In this document: piece by piece, positions 34,353-44,844 of the stretch
Layout of the letters: each line of letters begins with the position of its first letter
How positions within the stretch are numbered: the stretch's first letter is position 1
NCBI GenBank assembly: GCA_002269645.1
Contig: NIVC01001076.1
Location: 1 to 64,000 of the forward strand
Length of the DNA: 64,000 bases
Source of the DNA: Macrostomum lignano
Lineage: Eukaryota
Reading direction: 5' to 3'
Translations under genes and position numbers: made by a program
Notes under the pieces: model-generated
Seen by the model: the letters and a program-made list of their open reading frames with translations, nothing else
The model's database searches: none
Told to the model about the DNA's origin: nothing

Positions 34353-36478
34353 GTATAGTAGACTTATGATGCCATTTTAGCAAATAAACTTGGATAGTAT
34401 TTTATATAAAACAAAAAACTACTCTAACTTTTATTGCAAATTTATATTGATGCATTGTTGTAACTTGAATTGAATAAATTAATGTAACTAAAATAATGTT
34501 ATAATTAAATAATATATCTCTACCAATTAGATATTAAAGATAATATTAAAATAATTCTTTATTCAAAGAGACTGTTTCAAATATAGCTTATTAAAAAAAC
34601 AAAAAATGATAGCCACAGTTGCTTTGTTTGTATTTGCTATATTAATTCCTTTGTTTTTATTAATAAAAATTAAATACTAGAATAAATAATTATAAGTTAA
34701 ATACTTTAGATATAAATAGTTTCATATATAATCATTGTTTTTAAAACCATATGATTTTCATTTATATGCTAACCAAAGACTTGATAAAAATAAATAAATT
34801 CTAAACATGGTCTAAGAAACAATAAGCTTAGTGTACTGTAGCATAAGATTTAATCAGTTTATTACAATATATATAAATAACTTCTTAAAAGTTAAAAAAT
34901 ATTTGTTTTATGATAATAACGATTGCTAAAGCCAAAAAAATATTTAAGATAGTTTTGGCAAACAAGTAAACAATCTTTTAACAGTCTTGTTTCATTTTTA
35001 TTTTAAAAAGACCCTTTCCTATGAATCCTATCTAGTACTAGCAGCGACAATGGGATATCTTAATTTATCTAATAATTAAAAATGCAATGACAACATAATG
35101 TATAGGCTAGTCTAGACAATTGATTAATTTTAGGATGATCATTTTTACCCAACTACTAGGCCATTTTAACTAGGGCCTAGCACTGGATTTAAATATTTTA
35201 AATGCCAGAAAAGGTTCAGACAATACAAAATCAGTTGGACCTATTGTTAAGTTCCCATCTAGTTAAGTTCTTATCTTATCTATTAGTTTACATTAGATAA
35301 GCAAAAACGCTTTGTTTTGGGGAACAATGAAATAAAAGCGATTCTAATTTTCAAAGAGGAACTTCCTTTTGAGCTTTGTAGCTCTCATTTCAGCCTAGCT
35401 CTGGGTCAGAAGAAGTCGTCCATTCACATGGCCCTATCGGTTTGTGTTGCTGGATTGCTTTCCAGAAAAGAAACCTGTAATTTCCTAAGTTGAACTGTGA
35501 AATTATCAACAAAAAAGTGAATTACAAAAAATTTATGCGTTTTCAAAAAAGCAATTCTAAAAATGCAGGTTGCACAGCCTTAATAATATAAAATAAGAAA
35601 TAATCCGCACTTATGAAGTCGATCTTTATTTTATAGAGTATGTTTTGTTATATCGGCGAAAGTTTTATATCTAGATTACTTAAATTGCATCATGTCACAT
35701 GACACGTGCAGAGCTCGTTTTATTCTGTTCTGTTCATTTATCGTTATCGGTAATGTTAATCCTGACAATCGTAGTACGATTTTGTTGGCGTCTATAGGTG
35801 AGTCACGCAAAAAATCTAACCGCATCTGATGCTTTTATATTATAGAAAATATTGTACGGCGTACTCGCACAGCTTGGTACAATTGGAGCCTCATGCAGGA
35901 ACATTGCCTCATGCAATGCATGGGCGGGGGAAGCCTTGTGGCACCGGGGAACTTGCCCCCCAAAACAGAAAGCCTATGCGGCACACAATACATTCTGTGC
36001 GCCCCTTGAATTTACCCGTAATGAATTTTTTTTCAAAAATTGCATCGTTTACTAGCTTCAATCCTTTTTAAAATTTAATTTTAGTCCCTTTAACAACCGC
36101 AAATTTCGTTATTTCATTGTCTTTTTTTATCTAAAAATGGAGATTCGATTACTTCACTTCTTAGCTCAAGAGCCTAAACAAAGTCCTGGAAAGTACTTTT
36201 TTGCCCTACCTCCAAGCAAACTAGCTGTATTCCCTATTTTGCTATTTTTCAAAAGCATCTAAAAACGAGGCGTTTACTGGTCCACTCTTATATATCCCAC
36301 CATCCTAGTTGGGCTCCCTATACAATGTACATGGAAAGCAAAGCAATGTACATGATTTTAGAGCAGACAGAGAAGTCTAACTTCTTTGAGGAGTGTAGTT
36401 TAATTTGACTAGGGGCCTAGTACTAAAAAGTGTAATGAGCCACTATGATTATTGTTTGGTTCTCTCTCTAGTTAGCAG

Positions 36479-36914
36479 CACAGATACTAGAATAACTAGA
36501 TATGTCACTCGCAATTAAAGTTGTGAAAAAGTAGAGCCTCTACCTTTTTTCAGTAGTTGTCTACGTTAATGTAATTTAAATTTGATGTAAAAGGTAAAAT
36601 TCCTTTCTTTCCTCAGGGCTTGTGGCCTCAAGAACATATGGGGTTAAGAATGAACAAGCATTTGTTAACTCAATATACACAAATGAATGCAAGATAGACA
36701 AAACTTAGCCTGGGGGGGGCAGGCCCAATCTAGCTCAGCCAATGAGAGAGCAATAGAGAGATGTCTAGGTGCCAACACTAATTCTCTCTTGCTCTCTATG
36801 CCAAGCACTGAATTTGCCAAGCACTGAAGGCAAAAAACGCTAATTTTGCTACTGACAAAATAGTAGAGAAACACATTTTTGCAAGTGACACATCTAGTTA
36901 TTCTAGTATCTGTG
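36479..36914. mobile_element. MITE-like element with ~35-bp TIRs
   Basis: cacagatactagaataactagatatgtcactcgcaa ... ttgcaagtgacacatctagttattctagtatctgtg; the interior is homologous to 9035-9662 (inverted). Confidence 0.65.
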
Positions 36915-37234
36915 GTTAGCAGTTTCTCTCGGAAGTCCGAAGTATAGTGAATTCCTCACTGTGCAATGGGTCCATGTTTATAGCAGAAATCATGCGCTCT
37001 GGGATCCTTGCCTTCTCTAAAGGCTAAAGCAAACACTATATAATAGCATCAGTTGCTAAAAATAGCAACAGCGTCATGCAATCTGGCAATGGGGATCTTG
37101 TGTGAGGTGGTGCAATAGTTTCCTGCCTATAAATGCGAACCCTATCAAGCTTTGTTTCCATGAAGGTCAAGGAGGTTTGTTGGTCTAGTTCTATTCTTCC
37201 TCTCCAGTAAACGCAACTGCCCAATTTCTCCTAT

Positions 37235-37599
37235 TGTCTCGACTCAGTTCTCATCCTAAACTAAAACCTCTGAGTCTGCTCTGAGGCTAACATCGCCCTC
37301 TCAGCTACCCTCTCAGCCCGGCAGGATCTGCTGACCAGTAGTCTGAAATTGCAAATCCGTTGTGTTCGCTTGTCTTGTTTATTTCGTTCCGACCGGATCC
37401 TCATCTCACCAAAGGTTGAGAGTCGAGACCTGAAGGGACTGGTGGCAGCAACTACCAACGCTACGGATTAAGAAGGCTCCTGGCGAGAGAGAGAGAGAAA
37501 GCCCGAGACAACCCAAGCAGCGCAAACAAACCCCAAGAGCCCTGTGCTAGTGCTCTAGCCTGAGTAACACAGGTACAACACTGGTGACAGTGGTGGGAT
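37235..37599 (+). mobile_element. Probable LTR (TG...CA) followed by a tRNA-Leu-like primer-binding site; internal region lost
   Basis: ...gtacaaca|c|TGGTGACAGTGGTGGGAT: an 18-nt PBS-like sequence one nt after a CA end. The left LTR boundary (TGTCTC at 37235) is tentative. Confidence 0.45.
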
Positions 37600-38663
37600 A
37601 CTGAAAACCTACCAGGCCACCCAAGACAACCTCCAAAGTGACTTCAATAAAATTAAGTTTTCAGCACAGCTACTTCGAAACATTTCCTTGGCTTCATTGG
37701 GATGACGAAAAAGAGAAGTTGTTGTCTACCTGCTGTGTCACGATGTATACTATAAGTCTGTTAAAGTTTTGCTCCAAACCAGACCTTGCATTCTGACCTT
37801 GGAGAACAAACTTCTTTGCGGCATGGAAGGGGCGCCTTCAGCCTGATGTCCAAAATCGTCTAATCTAAAGCAAGCTCGGTTAGGTTTACTTTACCGAGTA
37901 CTCAAAGTATTTTCTGTCATTTTATAACTTCATTAGACCGTTTAGAGACCAAGCTCGTACGTATATACAGCCAGTTTAATCGTACTTTGTGTAAAGGAAG
38001 GAAGTGTACACAAAAACCCTATAAACCCGATACTTCCGAAACGAAATTCATCTCATCCATCCTATCTGAATTTACAATACACATAGATTCTGTCCATCTG
38101 TTTACACTCATACGGACGATGAACACTCGAAGTCTAACTCTAAATCTCTCACTGTACAAGGAATTCTCTACAATTTACTCTACGAGCTACTATAGCTATA
38201 GTAGGAAGGGCATAGAAGAGGCGCCCTGTGTTGAGTAACATTTGTTGGCTTTTTAAAAAGTTATTCAACTAGTCCAGATTTTTTGGTTAATATCGGACTA
38301 AACTCAACGCCAGGAGCTTCTCTTTCTTGGAAATTTCAAGCATTGAGTCACGCATGTACGAAAAAGGGAACTACATGTACGCTCTTGCATGTAGAAATGC
38401 ACGCCAATTTAATGTACAACAGCAGTGTACTCGTATTTTCGTCTCTCTATCCACTATGCTACATTTCTACACCCGACCCCACAAACTGTACAAAGGTGCT
38501 GTACTAATATAGCTGGAAGCAAGAAAGGAAGAAACTCTTTTGCGGGGTAGCTATTAATACTGCAAACGGTACGAGCTAGAATAAGTAGATTTTTTTGGTT
38601 TCAACTTCTTCAACAGTGTTCACAAGACTGACATATTTCTAAAACATAAATTGCAGCAACAAA

Positions 38664-39991
38664 ATGAGCGGCCTGCACTACAAGAAGGACGGGACGCTGG
38701 ACATGCGCTTTAGCTCATCAAGACAGGCTGCCGCTTCGTACCAGGTGCCTGCTGCTGCTGCAAGCTTCAGCTCTTCGAGCTCGTCTTTTGCTTCCCCGTC
38801 TCGAGGTCTTTGTGGCGACGGTCTGCACTACAAGAAGGACGGATCTCTAGACATGCGCTACAGCTCGTCTAAGCAAGCTGCTGGATCAAGCCAAGCTTCT
38901 GCAGGCAACTATGGTTCACAGAGACCAGCTCCGATCTCTTCACCAGGAGGTAACTATGGCGACGGTCTGCACTACAAAAAAGACGGAACGCTGGACATGC
39001 GCTACAGCTCATCCAAGCAAGCTGCTGGATCAAGCCAAGCTTCTGCAGGTAACTATGGCGACGGTCTGCACTACAAGAAAGATGGAACGCTGGACATGCG
39101 CTTCAGCTCGTCAAAGAAGATAGTATCGAGAGAGGCTGCGCAAGGAGGAACTTCCGGATCCAGTTCCATTGCATCGCGATTCGCTTCGCTGAATGTATCT
39201 CAGCAAGGCAACTACGGCATTCCGTCGAACGTACCAACCAAGAAGGATGGAACGCCTGACATGCGGACGAGTGCAGCCAAGGACTGGGTCGCTGAGCAAG
39301 CTCGAGTCCATGGCGAAAGCGTGCCGAGGTGGGTGCCCCGGCTCAAGGACGGTACCATCAACGAGTTCAGCCCCATTGGCAGGGTCTACAAACAGTCGTT
39401 GCCGCAGGCCAGCTGCGTCGAGTACCAAAAGAGCGACGACCAGCAGCGACGCATGGAGTATTGGGCTCGCCGAATGAGGGAGAACTCCGACTTTCAGACC
39501 CGATTCGAGACCCAGATGGAGGTCGACGTACCGGATCCTGTGCAGTCTGAGATTTCATACCAAAGTGTCGACGAGTCTTCAGAACTCGTCGAGATCGCGG
39601 CCAGTGAGCTGGATAGGATCGAGGAGATCGGCAGAGGCGGCTTCGGAGTCGTTGAAAAAGCCGTCTGGCGCGGCATGCTGGTCGCCGCCAAGCGGCTTCA
39701 TATTGATCGGATGACGCGAACGGACAAGAAGAACTTTCTACAGGAGCTCGAAATCGCCCGCACGCTGCACCTGTTTCAGCATCCCAACCTCGTGGCCACT
39801 CTGGCGTACTGCATCCAACCGCCAATCTTGGTAATGGAGCTGGTAAAGGTCGGCAGCCTCTCCTACGTGCTGCACTACAGCGAGGACGCTGACGTGGAGG
39901 CAAAAATCTGCGACGGTCGCGTTAAGCGCAAATTAGCGTACAACATCGCGGACGGCATGAGGCAGCTGCATTCGGCCGAAATTTGCCACAG
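38664..39991 (+). CDS. Exon 1 of a TKL-group Ser/Thr protein kinase with N-terminal GLHYKKDG(T/S)LDMR repeats
   Basis: IGRGGFGVV Gly-loop, VAAK, FLQELE (alphaC), ending ICH-R; donor AG|gtaaac at 39992 (phase 2). Confidence 0.9.
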
Positions 39992-40128
39992 GTAAACATC
40001 AAGGAGGACTTATTGGACCTTTTTAGAAGCACTCAGTAAAATTGCATTTTGTTTCGTCTTAGGTGTCTGAAGCTTGTGACTGTTTGCTCATTTTTGGAAA
40101 ATTTTCAAGAATATGCAGCTTTTCTGCA

Positions 40129-40996
40129 AGTAGAATGCATGAGGGGGCTTCTGGGACAAAATTTTTCACCTCCTCCATAATCCCATTAAATCCATCCATA
40201 TTATCCCTGACAGAATCAGAAAAAAGGGGGGTCGCACTCGCTCACAAAACGTCCTCCATAATCCACCTAAATCCATCCATATTATCCCTGACAGAATCAT
40301 GAAAAAGGGGAGGGGCCGCACTTGCTCCGAAAACTTCGAACATAATCCTATTAAATCCATCCATTACTATCCCTGACAGAATCAGAGCATAACAGATGTC
40401 CACTAACACCTGTTATGCTCATTGACACCGACATCCACCCATAGCATCTTCGAAACAATCAGAAAATAATCTTCATTCTTCTCCCCACATTCAATCCGCA
40501 ACATGAAACCAGATCCCTAAGACTTTAAATCATCAGCGCAGGGTCCTCACCCTTTGAAAAAAAACTAAATTCTCAATAAAAATGTTTCCGATCGTCTCTC
40601 CAGGTTCTTATTACAAAACGCACGAGCCTAATTACAAATCCAAGTACCGATGCAAACTTGAATGCAGCGAGTACATGAGAAAATATTGGCCCGACGTTCA
40701 AATCAATGTTCCTAATATTAATCTAGCTCTCCAAAGACATTGGTTTCATAAGTATGGAGTAACCTATGTAAAAGATTATGACAGCTATTATAACTTTGCA
40801 GAAATCATTAAGCAATTGTGATTTCTTACATTCTCTCAATGATCAACGTCAGTACAAACTCTTCACCGTTGAAATCAACACCCACCCCATCTTCAGTCTC
40901 AAACTGTAGCACAATCTCGTGAATCTCCTTATTACTCAATACAACTCTTTTCACTGGATTTGGTTTCTCTACCACCATCTGTCCTCCAGCAACAGA
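40129..40996 (+). repeat. Left terminal inverted repeat of the Polinton (868 bp)
   Basis: Reverse complement of 55495-56366, with about 3 substitutions and 3 homopolymer length differences; contains 3 copies of an ~85-bp subrepeat at 40170-40385. Confidence 0.97.
40582..40821 (+). CDS. Small Tyr/Lys-rich ORF inside the left TIR (79 aa from ATG); function unknown
   Basis: Open in both TIR copies (partner 55674-55940, one K/R difference). Confidence 0.45.
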   Translation: MFPIVSPGSYYKTHEPNYKSKYRCKLECSEYMRKYWPDVQINVPNINLALQRHWFHKYGVTYVKDYDSYYNFAEIIKQL

Positions 40997-41328
40997 AGAA
41001 ATCGAAAAGCAAACACAAAAGCTTACTAAAAAACATACTGAGTTCATTTATTCACAAGTATATTTACATAAAACAAAGGAAAGGAAAGGAGGAAAGAGCA
41101 GATCTGAAGGCTGCGTACGGCTGTTCAGTCCAAGGACTGGGGGAGTCGCCACACACCCCCAATTACCCCAGCTAATGCTGGTCCGCGACGCGCAAGCTTA
41201 GTTGCATGGCTGGAAATGAATAAGGTAGAGAAAGAACAAGATATTGTAGATCCTCACACAATCCAAAATCGATATTCTTCGGATCCAGAATAATATTGAT
41301 TTTCCTCCCAGTCATTTTGTGAACAGCA

Positions 41329-41757
41329 CTTTCCTGTATTGTCAGGAATTCCTGTATTGTCAGGAATTGGCACGAGTTTAAAAAAAATCCTGGAGATCCA
41401 GGAAAATGTTTAGAAGACTACTATGAGTAGCTTACATTGATAAAATCCTGGAAAAAAATCCAGTAAAAGACTTTCCTGTATTGTCAGGAATTCCTGTATT
41501 GTCAGGAATTGGCACGAGTTTAAAAAAAATCCTGGAGATACAGGAAAGTGTTTAGAAGACTACTATGAGTAGCTTACATTGATAAAATCCTGGAAAAAAA
41601 TCCAGTAAAAGACTTTCCTGTATTGTCAGGAATTCCTGTATTGTCAGGAATTGGCACGAGTTTAAAAAAAATCCTGGAAAAAAAATCTTGGAGATCCAGG
41701 AAAGTGTTTAGAAGACTACTATCAGTAGCTTACATTGATAAAATCCTGGAAAAAATT
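41329..41757. repeat. 142-bp tandem repeat x3 within the Polinton
   Basis: Units start at 41329, 41471 and 41613 (ctttcctgtattgtcaggaattcc...). Confidence 0.92.
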
Positions 41758-42716
41758 TGTTGATAACTAAGAAGTGAATCTTCATCAGCAACAAATGATC
41801 GGCGAAGTTCGTCAAACACCATTTCGGTTCTCATGGCGTAGTTGTTATCCTGGGTCTCCATGGCCGCTCTTGAACAAATTCGCTGGTTCTCAACTTTTTC
41901 ATTGAAGAAATGATGGAGAACTTCTTGAATTCTCTCTGATGCCGGTTCGTTGGCATCTAATCCTTCAACAAGGCGACCATGGAGATTTTCTAGGTCGGTC
42001 GAGTAGAACGTAATTTTTTGTGAACTAAAAACAAAGATTTAATCAAAATAAGAGATTTTTCAATTCTTAACACAGTATAGAATTTCAGTAAGTAAAAAAT
42101 GAATAAACTTACAACATAATGAAATCAGCAGCCACAACGGTGCAGTATTGCGCGACGAAGAACGTGTGCGAGCAAAATGAGCTGAATTTTCTTGCTTGCT
42201 TTAACTAGCTTCCGAGCGATCAATTCCCTCCACCCGCTTCCTTCCCTCCGGTTGTCAAAGCGGAAAGGAATGCACACGTGGAACTTGTACATTCGCAAAA
42301 TCGATTAGAGGGCTACGCCCCCCCCCTCAGCAATAGCAGTTACCCCACCCCCTTCTGCTTCTCAACATTTCAAATGCAGCTGTCGCGTTTGGCCAGGGTT
42401 GAGAATAATAGTTAAACCCTTCCCGACTCAAGCGCCCCTCTCTACCCCCCCCCATATCTTCATACCGTATAGACCAACAAGGCGGGCCACATTCCGAGGC
42501 CAAATCGGCGGGCCAACTGGCCTCGCAATTTGGCCAATAATCAATATCAATCAAGGAATCCCAAGCAGTCCATGCATGCTAATGGCGGCGAAGGGGTTGA
42601 CTTTTTATTTTCTGCTCTTAGCTCTCTGGAGAATGAGAATCTCTCTTGTGCGCAACTCTTTAGGGAATAAAAAACTGTACTTACTCAAATCCACACTTGC
42701 TCATGCCCTTCCCGAT

Positions 42717-43217
42717 TCAAGCGCCCCTCTCTACCCCCAGCTCTTTCAGCAGTCTTCCCAATTTCTTGTTAGGAGCGCACAAAACAAACCCCGCTCCTGA
42801 GCCTCCGCCCTCTCTCCTCGTGCACCAGCCCTCTCTCCCTGTGCACCCGCCCTCGCCTTCAACCCCCAACCCCAACTTTGTTTTACCAAAAATAACAGCT
42901 TTAACTAGCTTCCGAGCGATCGACTCACGAAATCCGCTTGAAGCCCCCATATGGTCTAGTCTCTTAAGCATTTCTTTGTCCCACCGATTCTTCTCCTCAG
43001 GAAAATCTCTATACTTAACGTCGTGCCACATGCAGACAGAGTCTAGCTCGTTCACAGGCTCATGCCCAGGATTTGGATTATCGTTTGTATCTAACTGTAT
43101 TTCAAGTGGATTCAAAGGCCCGCAATATTTATAGCCGGGAAGTGTCCAGCCTTTGTTTGGATGAGGAAGCTTTTCTATCAGTCCATGTGAATCTATTTTA
43201 CCACCAGAGCGCTGCAT
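42717..43217 (-). CDS. Parvovirus-VP1u-type phospholipase A2 domain protein (PLA2X-like)
   Basis: Ca-binding loop LPGYKYCGP and catalytic PVNELDSVCMWHD..Y motif. Confidence 0.85.
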   Translation of the reverse strand: MQRSGGKIDSHGLIEKLPHPNKGWTLPGYKYCGPLNPLEIQLDTNDNPNPGHEPVNELDSVCMWHDVKYRDFPEEKNRWDKEMLKRLDHMGASSGFRESIARKLVKAVIFGKTKLGLGVEGEGGCTGREGWCTRREGGGSGAGFVLCAPNKKLGRLLKELGVERGA

Positions 43218-43247
43218 TATTTTATTTAAAATTTTCTTTTTAAATAA

Positions 43248-44243
43248 ATGACAGATCAGAAACTTAAAAAACTCTACTACAGCGACAAAGGATTCTTTGT
43301 AGGAAAAAATGCAGTCACCAAACTCGCAGAACTAAGTAAGGAACCAAAAGCTAAAGTAGAAAAGTGGCTCTCTAAGCAGGCTGTCTTTCAAGTCTATTTC
43401 CCACCTGTTCAATTTACGAGACCTCACTTTAGCATCTATAAACCTAATGAAGCGCACCAAGCAGACTTATTGTTTCTCCCCAATGACTCAGGTTACAAGT
43501 ATGCTCTTACAATTATTGACATTGCTTCCAGATATAAGGAAGCTCGCCCACTCAAGACGAAGAAGTCAGAAGCAGTTGCAGCCGCCCTCCAAGATATTTA
43601 TAAAAACTCACCCCTTAGTTACCCTGAAATCTTTATGACGGACCCGGGTAAAGAATTCATGGGTGCAGTGATATCACTTCTACATAAGTATGACACAAAA
43701 ATTCGCTATGGCAGAACTGAGCTCCACAGAGACCAGGCTTTTGTGGAAAGATTCAATCTAACTCTAGCCAAGAGGCTATTCACTAAGCAGACAGCAGAGG
43801 AGCTGAAACTAAAAAGTGGCCAATACTATACCAAGTGGACAGACCGGCTCCCCACTGTTATAGAGCAACTGAACAATGAAGTCACGCGCATGACTGAATT
43901 GAAACCGTCCCATGCAATTAAACAAGACACTGTCGAACTTAAGTCATCTCATAGAACAGACACCTCAAACTACCCTAAGCTTCCAGGAGTTGAATCACCA
44001 TACATACTGACAAACTCTGAGTTTCTACGCTTTTTATATCTACCTGGAGAGCTAGAGAAAGACACCAAAAGAAGAGCTACAGATCCATACTTCAGCCTTG
44101 ATGTACATAAAATAGACAGACATTTTACCTCCGACTCTGGAGACTATTACTTTTTATCTCAAACCTTTAACCCTAAATCCCCCACGCGGTCATTCACTAG
44201 AGCTGAACTCCTAGTGATACCGGCTGACACAGAAATTAATTAA
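43248..44243 (+). CDS. Retroviral-type (rve, DDE) integrase, intact
   Basis: HQADLLFL, LTIIDIASRY, FMTDPGKEF, QAFVERFNLTL. Confidence 0.95.
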   Translation: MTDQKLKKLYYSDKGFFVGKNAVTKLAELSKEPKAKVEKWLSKQAVFQVYFPPVQFTRPHFSIYKPNEAHQADLLFLPNDSGYKYALTIIDIASRYKEARPLKTKKSEAVAAALQDIYKNSPLSYPEIFMTDPGKEFMGAVISLLHKYDTKIRYGRTELHRDQAFVERFNLTLAKRLFTKQTAEELKLKSGQYYTKWTDRLPTVIEQLNNEVTRMTELKPSHAIKQDTVELKSSHRTDTSNYPKLPGVESPYILTNSEFLRFLYLPGELEKDTKRRATDPYFSLDVHKIDRHFTSDSGDYYFLSQTFNPKSPTRSFTRAELLVIPADTEIN

Positions 44244-44259
44244 AATATTAAAATAAAAA

Positions 44260-44718
44260 ATGACAAAGATTGAAACCAGAACCATCAATAAACTCAATAA
44301 AATCATTGAATCAAAGAAACCAGGTCTTATATCAATTAAAGGTATCAAAGTAAAAATCGATCCCACGCAGCAAATACTTCAGTGTAATGAGCAAAGACAC
44401 AGCATCACAGATGAAAAGTCAGGAGGAATCCTACCATTAGCAGCTCTTATTCCAATCATTGCAGGCGCTGTGAGTGCCGCAGGTGGTGTAGCTGGAGGTG
44501 TAGCAACTGCCGTTAAAGCTGGGAATGATAGAGCCCACCAGCTTGAATTGCAAAAGATTGCAAGAGACAAAGGTATAACAATTAAGGCAGGAGATGGTTG
44601 CCCTGAGGGCTGCCCCGATCGTGATGATTTTGAGCATGAAAATTCTGTAAGCAAGTCTGACATTGTCAAAGCCATCATGACACTGCACAATGCTGGGTTT
44701 ACAATAATGCGCATGTGA
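44260..44718 (+). CDS. Adenovirus pX/mu-like core protein candidate
   Basis: KSGG-ILPLAALIPIIAGAVSAAGGVAG resembles the adenoviral pX C-terminal GG(I/F)LP.LIP.IAAAIGA motif. Confidence 0.6.
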   Translation: MTKIETRTINKLNKIIESKKPGLISIKGIKVKIDPTQQILQCNEQRHSITDEKSGGILPLAALIPIIAGAVSAAGGVAGGVATAVKAGNDRAHQLELQKIARDKGITIKAGDGCPEGCPDRDDFEHENSVSKSDIVKAIMTLHNAGFTIMRM

Positions 44719-44844
44719 TGAGGTTTAAAACCCCACTTTATCCAGCTTCATAAACCTAATACTACTGATAGGATGTAGAAACAGTTCAACTTTTCTATCA
44801 GGGTGGTCACCCTCAAAAATTTTTTTTTATTTTAGAGAAAAAAA

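Noticed and set aside
35700-36010. Possible exon or promoter (ag|gtgagt at ~35797 and a GC-rich patch)
   Set aside because: No supporting ORF or partner splice site; it cannot be assigned from sequence alone.
40826-41047. Second penton gene in the left end of the Polinton
   Set aside because: Only the last ~55 codons are present, because they lie in the TIR; the upstream part is unrelated low-complexity sequence.
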